Shown here in pieces: positions 12,603 to 26,009 of a stretch of DNA of 64,000 nt. The notes beneath the pieces are model-generated. The model was given only the letters and a program-made list of their open reading frames with translations. It did not search any database and was not told where the DNA came from. Position 1 is the first letter of the stretch. Each line of letters starts with the position of its first letter. Made by a program: the position numbers and the translations under genes. Location of the stretch: positions 38,318,001 to 38,382,000 of the forward strand of contig OZ076409.1 of the NCBI GenBank assembly GCA_964187785.1, read 5' to 3'. The stretch is from Amphiscolops sp. MND2022. Lineage: Eukaryota.

Positions 12603-14477
12603 TTTTAGTCGGCGCTTTTCGTAGAAAACGCAGACTATAGTAGTGTTTTTTTTAAAGACCAACGAACTGACAGATTTTATAAGCTTTATAAGCTGACTTA
12701 CACTAACACTAAGCTGCGCCACACTACTTCTACTGGCACTTGGCATAGAGGTTACGGCTTTTTGAGGTCTGCCAAGCAGAAGGACGTTGATTCGAGTTTT
12801 CGGAGGGAAATGAAGCAAAAAGTGAAGTTTAAAAGAAAACCGACTGGGCCGACGTAAGTTCTCTTGTCCTCTGACGCTGATTTACATTACACTAACTATA
12901 CAGTGTTTGAACAATTTAAGCACCGAGTGAGTTCATGAGTTTTCGATTTTGAATGTCATCATTGAAGTTTTTCAAACTTTCCTGAATCCGGTTTGGACTT
13001 ATCTGCAAAGAAGGGGTGATTTTCGGGGTGGAAGGGTTGAAGTGAATTGCTTCAATTTCGGAGAAGGGCGTCGGGGTTGAAGCTCCACATCGATGACGGC
13101 CAGACGATGTTCCACATCAACCACAGGAGAAACGAGAAAGTTGGATTAACACGAAACTCCCGTGTCGCGGCACCAAAAATGTCTCAACTTCGTCTGTCTT
13201 AATCGAATCGGGTAGGTGAAAGGCTTTTAAAAACTAAGTCTGAATTCTGTTTCAGGATAATTCGACAAAACAATTATGTCCGAAGACTCAATAATGTAAC
13301 ATTACACAAGACGAATTATATGTAACTTGCTTTAGAACGGTGTTATCGGCAAATTGTACATGTCAAAACATGGGAGCTGCAGACAGTTATGTAATGTTTA
13401 CAAATACTTTAATTAATTGGATGATATACTTTCAGAGGACAAAGGAAAGGATTATGTAAACGAAACGCAAAAACAAAAATTAGTTCATCCGATATGAGCC
13501 CCTGCGGTGATCCAACCACTTCGGTATGGATGGCAGGCACCGACCATACCACTAGGCCATGGCGGCATGACATTGAAGCATTTTGACGTGTACATAATTC
13601 AGTACACCGCACACGTAATAAATTTGACCGCTTTCGATTGTTGACAGACATTGGTTGTCAACATTTATTTCGAAAATTTTTCGAAAGACTCCAAACGGTT
13701 TCCCTTCAGTTTTTTGGAATTTTGAAACAGAATGGATGTTAAAAAATCACAAAGGGCCCCCTTTTACAGTTTTCGGCATTGAGATTTTTCAAAAGGAATA
13801 ATTTTTGTCCTAAAATTAGGTTTTCTGAGGCCCAGCACGCTATGTCCGATTTTCGTTTTTTTTAAAAAAAGACCGGTGTTTTTTCTATGACTTTTTTTCA
13901 AATTCGTTTTTATCGAAGCCCCCCTCAATTTTTACAAGAAACGAAACGTTTTGCGAACGTAAAGGTTTCCTCGACGTTTTCGACACTATGATACTTGCCC
14001 GAGACCATCAAGAAAATTTTCGGAAAAGTCCGATTTTTTCCCTCAATTTTCTGTTTTTTTTTGAAAAAAAAGGTTTTTCGTTGAGAAAGATGTTTTTTTG
14101 CTGTTTTCAGTTGGGGAAGAATGGTTCTCGAGACTTATGCGTATCCTTTCGGGTATTTTTTGGCGCTGTATATTGTAAAATTGATGAAATTTTAATTTCC
14201 TTTTACCCTTGGTTCTCCTTATGATATTGCTTATTTGGTTTTCTTCAAAAGTTCGCAAGTGTTTGCGAAGCACGGCTTCGCCTCTGTGTTATACTGTTGA
14301 TTTTTGGATATTATCGAATCGGTTTTCGCCTCAAACTTCTATCAACGGGTTTTTACAACCGAGTGGCACCTTCGTCAAGGAGCATTAGATATTGTAAATC
14401 GGCATCAGAATGCCGCAAATTTCTCATTTTTCTAATGAAAAAAATTAGCTTTCGATCAAATTAGTTCCCGGCTTGTT
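12603..14477 (-). mobile_element. Composite DINE-1/HINE-like copy or copies with tRNA-like segments and other inserted repeats
   Basis: Begins ttttagtcggcgcttttcgtagaaaacgcagactatag (family end, reversed); gttcccggcttgtt at 14477; heterogeneous interior. Confidence 0.5.
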
Positions 14478-14524
14478 ATTTAAGATTTGAGGCCAAAAAT
14501 CAAAACGGTCGTATTCATTAGAAA

Positions 14525-14973
14525 AACAAGCCGGGAACAGCTCAAGTCGGCGGCATATCTAAGGCTCAAAAATAGCAAAAGGACTTCAAAATGTCAAAGT
14601 ATTGGTTAATTGGGAACCCTTTTTTGAAAAAAAAATGAAAAAAAAAGTTTCACAATGCCGAAAAACTGAAAGGGGGACCCTTTGGGATTTTTCAACATCC
14701 ATTCTGTCGGAAAATATAAAAAAAATGAAGGGGGGATCCTTCGGTGAATTTTTTTTCCGAAAAAAGCCTCACAGAGCCGAAAATACTGTAAGGGAGTACC
14801 CTTTGGCCTCGTTGAAGTTCTTAGATGTCAAAATACTACTTCGTAAGCTAAGTAAGATTTGTGAGAAATTGTAAGAAAAGTGGACCATTCAGAGTGAAAT
14901 TGTCAGCTGAAAGAAAACTACCCACTGTAATAGTAGGGCTTTTTTCCTAAAAGGAAAGGGCGCCTACTAAAAA
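14525..14973 (+). mobile_element. DINE-1/HINE-like element copy
   Basis: aacaagccgggaacagctcaagtcggcgg ... gggcgcctactaaaaa. Confidence 0.65.
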
Positions 14974-15477
14974 CAGTCATAGTGACCATTCGGAATAACC
15001 TCTTCCCTCTTGGATACGCAATTCTGAACCCAAATGCTTGAAATGTTTATTTGCTAGCTTATTGTCAACTTACACTATGGCACCAAAAAATTACCAAAAA
15101 GGTACGAAAGCTAACAGCACACGCGAAAACTTGATGAACGCATTTTTCAAAAGTCCCTGGGGCAAAAATTTTTCAGATTTTCATCAGAATTACAACGACT
15201 GACTCAAAAAGTTCCCTCACATGGGATTTTTTTGAACATTATTACACAATATCTCAAAAAGTACTGTTCAGAAAATAAACCTTCCTCTCGAACAAATTTT
15301 GTGGTCTCATCTATAGAATTCGTCATTTATACAAGCAATCCTTGATGATGTTTTATAACTCCATTGCCAAATCAGTTATTTGCTATGGGTTACTATTGTA
15401 CGGAACACGTGCGAAAAGTAACCTCAAAAAGAGTGAAATGGCTCAACGACGAAAACCAAGAGCAACTTTTTCAAAAG

Positions 15478-16143
15478 AACAAGCCGGGACCCGCCCAAGT
15501 CGGCGCCATATCCAAAGCTCAAAAATAGCAAAAAGACTTCCAAGTGTCAAGTACTCTTTTACAGTACTCGAAAATAGAAATTTTTTGGAAAAAAATTTTT
15601 CGAAAAAAATACATACTCAAAAAAATGGACCGAGTGGCGCGCCGGGGCTCGCTAGCGCGAGCCCCTGGCACGCTAAAGTCTCACAATGCCGAAAAACTGA
15701 AAGGGGGACCCTTTGAGGTTTTTCAACATCCATTCTGTCGCAAAACATGAAAAAATTGAAGAAAACAAAAATTTTCATTTTCGGGAAAAAATCTCACAAT
15801 GCCGACAAAAAACTGAAAGGGGGGACCCTTTGGGATTTTTCAACATCCATTCTGTCGCAAAACATCAAAAAAATGCAGGGGGGACCCTTTGGGGAAAATT
15901 TTTTTTTTCGAAAAAAAAGTCTCGCAGTGCCGAAAAAATGAAAGGGGGGAGTCTTTGGTCTCGCCCGGTATGGTATGTTACGCGGAAAAACAGGAAAAAC
16001 CTTTTTGGTTCAGTTCGCTAGACGAAATAGTGCATTTTGATGCAATAATATTTTGTAGAACTATTTTGGTCAGTTCGTGTGGATAGAAAAAAAAAGAGTC
16101 ACTATAATAGTCGCGTTTCACTTCATGAAGCGCCGACTAAAAA
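15478..16143 (+). mobile_element. DINE-1/HINE-like element copy with expanded internal tandem units
   Basis: aacaagccgggacccgcccaagtcggcgcc ... atagtcgcg..gaagcgccgactaaaaa; repeated unit of about 115 bp tctcacaatgccgaaaaactgaaagggggaccc. Confidence 0.7.
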
Positions 16144-16329
16144 TGACTCACTATAGAACATTCTAGCAGCAAACAAAACTTTCAGTGTTTGAACTACATT
16201 TAGTCGAACTTGTCAAGGAACGAACTTCAGACAGCTACAATTACAAAATCTCCAACAATATTCTTGCCAGAAATGAACTCAACTGCAGATATGAAACGTA
16301 ACAAGATCTAAAATGAAGCGTTTATTTTG

Positions 16330-16603
16330 CAGCAAACTGAAGATTCAAGAAGCCCAAAGGGTCTCCCCTTTCTAGTTTTTCGGAACTATGAGACTGTTCC
16401 AAAATTCTCATTTTTCGTTTTTTTTTCCAATTTATTTTTCAATTTTTTTAATGTCTCCAAAGAGTCCCCCCTTCAACTTTTTTGATATTTTGCAACAAAC
16501 TGGATTTGAAAAAGTCTAAAGGGTCCCCCCTTTTACAATTTTAAAAACTTTGCGCCTTTTGAGCCTTAGATATAGCGCCGACTTTAGACGTTCCCGTCTT
16601 GTT
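16330..16603 (-). mobile_element. Partial DINE-1/HINE-like copy
   Basis: Ends gcgccgactttagacgttcccgtcttgtt, the reverse complement of the family start. Confidence 0.6.
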
Positions 16604-17767
16604 TTTGTTTCAATGCTTCACTTGAGTGAAACATCATAGTATATATCCAATTAAATTTACTTGTCTTTTCTTCGATCATTTCTATAGGTTTGACACTGTG
16701 TAACTTTTACATTATCGCGTTTCCTGGAAATATTTTCTTGAAAAATGAACAGCCACAAACATGTTATTCCGTCGAAGCAATATATTTTTCACTAAGTTTA
16801 CAATGTTTTTACAGTTTTCACTAAGTTTACAACATTTTACAGTGTTTAATTTTTTGAAGAGGGCGTTTTCAGAAGTGTTAAATTCAAAAGTTAGAGATCT
16901 CAATCAAAGGTATAAAGCTTGACTCAGGCATTTCTCGTTACGAGCAAATTGGAGATTATTGCAGCGTTTTGGAGATAATGCATGATAAATTTCGGAAAAT
17001 GCTATAAATCAAAAACCATCTAAGAATTAACTTCAAAACAAAAACTAGCCCTGTAATTTTGATCGGAACTCAAGTTTTACACCTCTGATTTTCGTACCAA
17101 TTGTGTAAAAATTTATTGCGATTCGAAACCTTTTGTCAAAGAAATCGAATGGTCCGATTTGCAGCTGTTTCTTCTTCTAAGAAGGAAACTTAGAACACAT
17201 CAACTTATAGCAAAACACATCGAAACATTAGAAATTCATTCGGCTTCCTTCAATTGTTTTTAGGTGGCTTTTGAAAAAAATGCGTGACGGTCACAGTGCC
17301 AAGTTTTTTCTCACCAGTTGTCACTGTAATGGCATTTTTTGTTCAACTTTGTTAGTGGTTTCATAGCGAGCGAATCAGCCTTTAATGTTGATGGCAAATA
17401 CTCAACATTCCAATGCTTTTTCTCAATTTCTGTGAAAATGAGCATAATTTCTGTTCCCTTTATCAAGATGGGCTAAACCCAATTTTACTGATTTTTGTTC
17501 GATATTCTTGGACAAATTCAGTTGAGCAAACATTAATTTCGCATGAAGAGAGATCGGGGAACCTCAAACTGGAATCACAATAGGCCAAGAGTTTATCAAA
17601 ACCGTGTTTTTATACGTTTCAATCTCCGGGGCTCACAGTTATCTCTGCTATTTCCAAAATCCTATACAATTTAGGCTATGTATCTCTCTTTATTCTCGAT
17701 AGAAAAAATTAGTAGAATTTCAAATAGGATAACTTTCAATGAATAGATTTCTCGTTACAACCTGAAT

Positions 17768-18107
17768 TTTTAGTCGGCGCTTTCTACTATCACAGTGACT
17801 AGTTTTTTGTCAATCTCACTCTGGTCCACTTTTTTGCACGGTGCCTTTTACGATAAGCATCCAAAGCCTTTAATATAAAATACAAAACCATTCCAAAGCA
17901 GAAGGGTCCCCATTTCAGTTTTCTACTGTTTCAAGTACTTGCACTTAATTTACTTTTTAGTTTTTTTTCAGGTGCGTTTTTTGCCTTTTTACCCAAAACA
18001 GGCCAGGTAAAATCTGAGTTTCGACTGTTGAGTGTCACGGTGACTTCTGAATATTTCAAAACACTTCGCTCTTTTTACTCGTTGAACTTGGGCCGTTTCC
18101 GGGTTGT
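17768..18107 (-). mobile_element. Diverged DINE-1/HINE-like copy
   Basis: tttttagtcggcgc ... cttgggccgtttccgggttgtt. Confidence 0.5.
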
Positions 18108-18329
18108 TGCATTTTGCAGAACCGGTTTCAATGAGAGCATTTGGAAGCTTGAATACTTTCGTATACCACAGTAGCTTGCCAAAAGAGTAGACAGCAAATG
18201 AAAAGGCTGTTGGCTCAAAGAGAAGCTCTTGAAAAAATTATTATTTTCGGAATGATTTCTTCAAAACGAACATAGCTTCACAGAACTTTGAAAGATTAAA
18301 AATTAGTAAACCAAAAATGTATATAACTA

Positions 18330-18991
18330 CAGTAGTGATATTATTAAAAGCAACAAAAGGCAAATCTCAAAATCGAATATCTCTGAAACAGCAGCGAATT
18401 TTGAAAAATGATAAAAATGAAAGTTTCTTAGATTTTTATCTAGTTTACAAATATGTTTGTTTGAAAATTATGCGATGAAAATTGTAGAAGTTACGATAGG
18501 CCATTTTCAGTCAAATTTAGGCCAAAATTGAGGTTTTTCTCACTTTTGACATACTTTTGCTCAAAATTTTTTAAACAATTCATGTTCAATTGGCACCTCT
18601 GATTTAACTGAAGCCCCTGATATGTTTTGATTAAGAAATCATTCTAGATTCGCAAAGAAAATACGCTGTAAAATTAAGTTTTTTCGAAAATACATGTATC
18701 AAGATACGATTTTGAAATACAGCCACTTGAAACACGCTCGTACTGATACAATTTACAATTTTTTCGAGAAAAAATTATATTGTCAGATTCGAAATGTTTG
18801 GGAGAATTTTTCTGTCAAAATTATTTTGAAATAAAAAAATTGTAGGTGGGTCAAAAATTCAAAAAACTAAAAATTGATGTTTTGGAAATCGCTCTCGACC
18901 AATGAAATGAGCGCGTGAGACGTTATTTAGCCAATAAGATTTGTTTATTTGCTCTCTTTCCGCTTGCTTTGTTGCAATAATATCACTACTG
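18330..18991. mobile_element. Tc1/mariner-type MITE
   Basis: Perfect 16 bp TIR cagtagtgatattatt / aataatatcactactg, flanked by TA on both sides. Confidence 0.8.
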
Positions 18992-19444
18992 TAGTTCACT
19001 TGATTAAATCTGCTTTTGATTGAGAGTTATACGAGAGGAACTGTTTCGAAAAAAAACTTCCGAAGTCCGCCGAAAGTTAAAATATCGCTAATTGATATTT
19101 CATCTCGGAAATGAAACGAAGACCTCAGGTTGGGTTAAATACATGAAAAATCAAGTTACAGAAGTTTAAAATATGTTATAAACTTAATAAAACTTTTCAC
19201 ATAAAGGACTTTGGAAATTCAGTTGCAGAGTCTAAATTAGGAGCGAAAACTGGTCATTGTCTACTTTTTAATACTGTTCAAGGCGCCCATTCACTAACTA
19301 GACTAGAAATTTTTTAACACCCTAAAGTGTACATATAAGAAGGTAATCACAAATATATAAGTCCTAAATCTATACCCAATTTTAATACATACACCGCGAA
19401 TTAATTCAGTGGAGATTATCAATTTGCTTCGGACCGTCAAACAT

Positions 19445-19521
19445 TGCACTGTCAAACATTGAGGCACTTAGTATTTACACGTGAGGTGTAAATACTAAGT
19501 GCCTCAATGTTTGACAGTGCA
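19445..19521. repeat. Perfect palindrome with 36 bp arms and a 5 nt loop
   Basis: tgcactgtcaaacattgaggcacttagtatttacac-gtgag-gtgtaaatactaagtgcctcaatgtttgacagtgca. Confidence 0.95.
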
Positions 19522-19811
19522 GTCAGTGGAGAGAGATGAACCGATTGTTAACAAAAACTAATTGAAATTGTTCGTAAATTAGGCAAAAAATGAAAACCTT
19601 GTTAAACCTTGCAAACCAAAGATTACATAGAAAGGTATTAAGTGTTAATTTCCTCAATATTTGTCATAAAAGTTTCAAACAAACACGAATGTCAACTAGA
19701 TTACATTTCGAGAAACTTTCATCAAAGGCATTTCTCTTCACTATCAATAGTTTCAGAGATATGGGCAGAAAAATTAGGTATTCCAAACATTATCAATTAG
19801 GGGTTCCATTG

Positions 19812-20319
19812 TTAGTCGGCGCTTTTCGTAGAAAACGCAGACTATAGCAGTGACTTTTTTAAGACCAACGAAGTGACAGATTTTATAAGCTTTACAGGCT
19901 GACTTGCACTAACACTAACTGCCACACTACTTCTACTGGCACTTTGCATAGAGGTTAATTAGGCTTTTTTGAGGTCTGCCAAGCAGCAGGACGTGGTTTC
20001 GAGTCCCGCCCTTGACCAAAAAATTTTCAGTGCAGGTTATTTCGGCTTTGTGAGGCTATTTTTCGCAAATTTTTTTAAAGTCTCCAAAGGGTCCTCCTTC
20101 AATTTTTTTCTATTTTGCAAAAGAATGGAGGTTCAAAAACTCCCTTTTACATTTTTTGGCACTATGCGACTTACCGGAGACCAAAAAAAATTCGAAAAAT
20201 AATTTCGGAATTTTTTTCCTCATGCGGGTACCGTAGAAGAGAATACTTGACACTTTGAAGTCCGTTTGCTATTTTTGAACCTTAGATATGGCGCCGACTT
20301 GGGCCGTTCCCGGCTTGTT
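19812..20319 (-). mobile_element. DINE-1/HINE-like copy with an internal tRNA-like segment
   Basis: ttagtcggcgcttttcgtag ... ggcgccgacttgggccgttcccggcttgtt. Confidence 0.7.
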
Positions 20320-20512
20320 TTATCATACATCTGTATAATGAGGCTTGCAAAATATAGCTGCTGCTGTGCAAATATAGCTAAAAAAAGTTACGCTTGACAA
20401 CGCTGCGCGAAGCTAGCTTTGATAACGCGGCTTGGTATTTAATTCTTCGCTTGATATGTCAGTGACGTTATCATCTCGAGAGTATTGAATCAATGTATTA
20501 AACGTTTATTAA

Positions 20513-21080
20513 CCCAAAATGGACGGGGGAATTTCCGGATCTATCCAAAATCCTGGTACTGAAACAAGCAGCAATATCTCCTTAACTATTAGAGTCCGAC
20601 AACGATTTATAACGCGTTTAAATTAAGACCATCAGGGTTTTCGAATTAATTTATCAACTGCAGGTCTGGGGCCCGGGCACGCTAGCGAGCCCTTTGCGTT
20701 CAATTTTTTTTGCGCGAAGTCCACCGCTGGCGCGTGGCTTCGCCACACTTCATCTGGGTTTTGCGCCGAAACTCAGCAAGCCTTTCAATTTCTGCATGTT
20801 TCAAACATCCTAGGACCGCTTTGACCCAATCTTGATACAAGTAGGATAAAGTGACCACCACAAACGGAAATAGGAAAATCTAAACTCAATTTTTTTTGAT
20901 TTTTCGGTCCCGTTTTCTTGATTCCTGAGATATCAAGTCAAAACTCCGTGGAAAGGCGTGCAATGGTATGTAATATTGTCTGAAAATATCATTCAATAGT
21001 TTTCTTCACCATATGGTCAGCTGGTGCCGTCAGTTTGCAGAAACTAACTGGTACAAATTCGACCCTATCGTCCTTCAGGG
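20513..21080. mobile_element. Possible piggyBac-type MITE
   Basis: TTAA|ccc..aa.ggacg at the left and cgtccttcaggg|TTAA at the right; the TIR is degenerate. Confidence 0.45.
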
Positions 21081-21825
21081 TTAAACACGTCATGTTGATT
21101 TTTTGCGAACCCTGGTCTCGATAATCGGATCCATTTACTGAAGGATCCCAAATTGAATTATTCTAAAGGTAATTAACTTACTAAAGAGACCAAAGCAAAA
21201 ACAGGGAAAAAATGTAGGAAACGATTTTCTGAATAATGAAAGCAAAAATATGCTCCACGCAAACGACTCATGGCATTTTTCCAGAAGAACCTCGTTTAAA
21301 GCCCGGAAAACCGAACTTCAAAATGGAAGAGACATGACAAAAAACTGCTATATCTAAAACTTCTTTGGGGAAAAAACTCCCCTCGCTAGTAAAAATAGGA
21401 AAACATGCCTACTATTGTCAAGCATCTATTGTGAAAAGCAGCTCAATTGGTGATAAATATGGCCATTGTGAGTATATTCTTGAAAAAAATATATATATAG
21501 CTGCTACAGTAGTATTGAAAAAAAATCAAGAGCCGAGTTTGTTTTATTACTCGTTCTCCCTTTGACTACTCCAATGTTTTCACTCTTGGAACGTATTGCC
21601 CTAACATGAAAAAAAGCAAAGGGAGGCTCTTTGATGAATTTTTTTTAAAAAGTACAGTGCCGAAAAAAACCCTAAAGGGGACCCTCCGGTCCCATATAGT
21701 TTCGAGGATACGGTAATACTCAAATAGAGCACCACTTCAAGTTGGCTTCCTTGGATACACTTTAACACTTGGGCGTAAAGTCTGTAAAAAGTGGACCATT
21801 CAGTGTGAGGCTTGGTCTGACGAAA

Positions 21826-22395
21826 AACAAGACGGGAACGTCTAAAGTCGGCGCTATATCTAAGGCTCAAAAAGCGCAAAGTTTCTAAAATTGTAAAAGG
21901 GGGGACCCTTTGGGCTTTTTGAAACTCCAGTTTGTTACAAAATATCAAAAAAATTGAAGGGTGACTCTTTGAAGGCAAAAAAAATTCGGAAAAACGAAAA
22001 TTTTGAAACAGTCTCATAGTGCCGAAATACATAAAAGGGGAGACCCTTTGGGCTTTTTGGCACTGCAGTTTGCTGCAAAATATCAAAAACTTTGAAGGGG
22101 GAACCTTTTGAAGGCAAAAAATTCGAAAGTCGTACAGTGCCGAAAAAAATTCAAAGAGGGGACCCTTCAGTCTCGTCCGTTTTCGCAAATGCTAGAAAAA
22201 GTTTCTGGCTAAAGCAAGGACTCGAGCCCGTGACCACTGGACTCACCGTAAACCGATTAAAGTCTGTACTGAAAAGTGGTACATACACGATGAGGTCTGT
22301 GGTCCGACGAAAAAAAACTAGGCATTTAATAGTCGGGCACTTTTCCCCGACTGTGAAATTCAAGAACTTTGTTACAAAAACGCGCCGACTAAAAA
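21826..22395 (+). mobile_element. DINE-1/HINE-like element copy, preceded by a partial copy from about 21640
   Basis: aacaagacgggaacgtctaaagtcggcgc ... cgcgccgactaaaaa. Confidence 0.7.
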
Positions 22396-23667
22396 TACCG
22401 TCGAGACTAGTAATGAGAACATGGTTTTATTCCATCAGATCGCTGTCTACTGAAACGTCGATTAGTCGAATAGTTTGCTTCCGTTTCGAGCTTCATCAAA
22501 CTTTCATATAAGTTAAACATGGGGTCAAAGTTAGATATACATCCAATCGAAAGCGAGGCGCAAAATGAAAGTACTTTGAACTTCGGGAGGAAGCAACCGA
22601 CTGGAAAGTTGAGGTCAAATTCCTTCATCTCCTGAATAACTTGTTGAGAAACTTTGAGCCAAATGGTAACACGTGGTTTGGTAAAAGACACCTCGGGCGA
22701 CATTATAACTGGTTCATAATATTTAATGGTCTCTATTTATAAACCAGAGATAAACGAAACCAAAGTTCATTTTGATTTTTATCAGACAAGTTCAAAGATG
22801 ATGATTTCTACGGGTGGACTCTCTATTCATTGCAAATAATGCAATTCATAAGTCACAGTCGACTTTCCTTATTTGCAGTGTAGCTGAGCAAATAACCGAA
22901 AAGGAAATATTTCCTAATTGAATGGTAGTTATTACTTCTCCAAATTTCTCTAGTGTTATTGGAAACTTCCGTCAACGTGAGCTAAATTTACCTGCAGAAA
23001 AAAATATGTAGTGATAAAAATGAATTGTATGATAACTTCAAAACCTGTCATTTTATAGATAAATTCAACAGGGTTTTGTAAAATTATACAAAGTAAGAAG
23101 GATGAAAATACGTTATTTGAAAAAATAAACACGTCAATAAAATGACGCAACTAACTGTAAAATAATTATCAACTAACGAAAGCAAATATCGGAGGGTAGA
23201 AACAAAAAGGGGTTAAACTTAACCTGTGATATTTCACTTCGGCGATGACTCAACTGAAAATTAATATCCGTTGCTTGGTATTTCCATATTAGAGGAAATT
23301 TTAAGTTCACAAAGGAATTTGCTCAAAGCAAACCCCGAACTGAGGAATTTAAAGTTGGTGTTAATCCAAAGACGCATCATAAATTCCACATTTTGGATCA
23401 CTCTAAAAAATTTGAAGCATGGAGAAAACATGCTGCACAGAAATACCAGAAAGCAAAAATGATTTTTATAACAGGAACCAAAAAACACTGCAACTAACTC
23501 GCATCAAAATTAACGAATGAATTGAACTAACGAACGTGACACATTCTTGTCTTAAGACTTCATCGGCTTGAAACTTTTGGATCTTGTAAAAACTAGAAAA
23601 TGATTGATACAACAAGAGTATCACATTCGTTGCAACAAATAGAAATGAGTAACTTTTTTGATTTTAT

Positions 23668-26009
23668 TCAGATGGCCATCGTTTCGTCATGTTCAGTGTT
23701 GACTGTGTTGTTAGTGTTTTGCACGTATTCAGCGATGGGGGTTGCGCCAGCAGAGGGGTGATGCATCTGGGCGCTGGAGTAGGTGCGACAAGACGCTATC
23801 TTACTCTCCATGTTGGACACTTTCCGCAACAGGTCACTTACTATCACCAGTGCGTTCGATCGCGAAGAAGGCGTATGGGCCAGACTTTGCGTCTGATAAA
23901 TAGATTTCTTCATAGGATGCACTTTCGCTGTGGGTGGTAATTGCGTCGGTGCACTACTGTCTATGTTCGAATCTAAAAACAAGCCAAGATTACAACCATC
24001 TCAGAAAACAGCAGAAACCGTTGACATATCTTTTGTTCGTGTCTCGATATCACATGAAATGAAATAGTGATGTGCAAGATATATACGAACTTGTATTTGT
24101 TCTGGAATGGAATTGAGCATTAGTCTGTTGACTCGCAACAGAAGTTGTATTCGATGAAACTCCATTTGCATGAACGACCGCTCCATTTCCAGTTAGTTGA
24201 GAGCCGTTTGTGACAGCCGACAGTGAAGTTTTGTTCGCTTGTTGGTCTTGAGGAGCCTGTACTGCAGCAGCTGCTTTCAATTCTTGGACTTTAATTTCTT
24301 GTCTCAAATCTCGGGCTTCGTCTTTGACTCGTTGTAGTGCTTCTGATAATTGATCTTTTTGGATTACTTCTTCTTCAAGTGAACAAAGTTTCAATAGATG
24401 CGATTCCAATTCTGCAACAACAAGAAACAATTGAAACCAATAAGCTATAATCCAAAGTCGAAGCTTCGAGAAATTTTAATTGAGTTAGGACAATTTTACT
24501 ACAGTGAGGTGCGCGCATAGCGCCATCCATTTTAGCTTTGTTTTGAAAACAGTTCAATATATAATGATTTGAACTAAGCATGACCCAATTCCAGTGTAAG
24601 TTGCCAAAATTGTGATCCTATATTTTTAACGTTGCATGTTGAATTATCTGATAAATCAATTAGGTTGCAAGATAATTTCAGAAAATTTGACAAACCTTCT
24701 TGTAACAGTTCGATTTTGAAGTTAGCACGTCGTTCAGATTGCATTAAAGTGTCATTTTCGTTCTCCAAGTCTCTGACTCTTGTGGATAGATCCGAAATTT
24801 TTGCTTCTTGGTGATCTCTGATATTGATCAAATCGTTGTTCTCTTTTTGAATTTCGCTGTATCTCTGAAAAAAATATATATGAAAGATATATTTGTAATT
24901 GACACAGATAAAGTGATTTCAATATTACTACTCTAAGCCATTCCTATTCCATCTTTCAATAAGCAGTAGTATTGGCGAGTTCCTTATTGCATTATCTTTA
25001 TTGCAGACAAAAATTATACTCCAATCCTATACCAGTAGATGTTACAACCCCCAGATCTAACAATGATGATAGGCAGTGGACAAATTATCTCTGATGTGGG
25101 AATAATTCAAACTATCAAAAAACCTATGCACATGACAATTGAATTCTTCTGTGAGCAAAAATAACCTTGCCCTGAACCAATTACAAATAGATGTTGAACA
25201 ATTTCCATGAAGCATAGTAGACGTCGATTTCGGGTAAAAATCTATTGAAAAAATAGGCCCCTCCGGGGCTCAGTACTATTTCTGCTTTAATTTTTTTTTG
25301 AAACAAAAAAATCTTTAATAAAAGAATCATATCTGGAATACCAATACACTCTTGTTTAATCATTATTTAGCGAACAATTACATGTAATCACTGTACAAGT
25401 TTACACCGCCTTTAATTCTTCTCAGACTAAAGAAAATATAACTACTAAGCGTAGACGAAGTTTCGCATTCGCATTTGAATGCAGGCGAAGCTCTCAACGA
25501 ACGAATAATTAACACTCATTCGCTTCATCTCAATAACTCGGGGCAACGAAAGCACAATTACGAACTTTCGCTCGCTTCATCTCAATGACGTCAGCATACG
25601 AATGGATAATTACCACTCCTCGTTCCATCGCACTAGAATTGAATTGTTGTCGGCAGCTTGAGAAATTTATTTCCCACGCTTACAGTCACTGCCGAACAAA
25701 ATATCTGAATTATTCAGTATCACGAGAAAAATTGTACTGAAAAAAAATAAGTAGACATTTTGAGGTTACAATAATATTCCTGCTAAAGCAGAAATATTAA
25801 AAACATTCAAGACTAACCTGTCTCAATTTTTCTAAATCTGTAACAGACTGTTTAGATTCACTTTTCAGTTTTTCGACTTGGTCTTCGAGCATTCGAACAT
25901 ACTCCTCTAATTCTGTTTCTACTTCTTTACTTGTAGACGCTAAGGCACGGTACTGTTCGACCTGGTCTTCGTACTTCTCCTTCCAATACTCCACGCAATT
26001 CTCGTCCAT
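23668..26009 (-). CDS. NDE1: Nuclear distribution protein NudE (NDE1/NDEL1 homolog), 328 aa; exons 26009-25818, 24864-24696, 24411-24091, 23972-23668
   Basis: N-terminal YWKE coiled coil, VRDLENENDTL, QRVKDEARDLRQE and C-terminal TPSSRSNALVIVSDLLRKVSNMESKIASCR match conserved NudE blocks. GT-AG introns are phase-consistent (987 nt); AATAAA follows the stop. Confidence 0.92.

Noticed and set aside
13495..13570. Functional tRNA-Gly gene
   Set aside because: T-arm and acceptor stem are not intact; treated as a repeat-borne tRNA-like remnant
14602..16086. K/F/G-rich ORFs, also at 10368-10993 and 21601-22511
   Set aside because: Spurious translations of the HINE-like tandem units
25440..25640. 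Degenerate repeats of about 45 bp (ctcgcttcatctcaat) in the NudE intron
   Set aside because: Only two or three decayed units; no function or element boundaries can be supported
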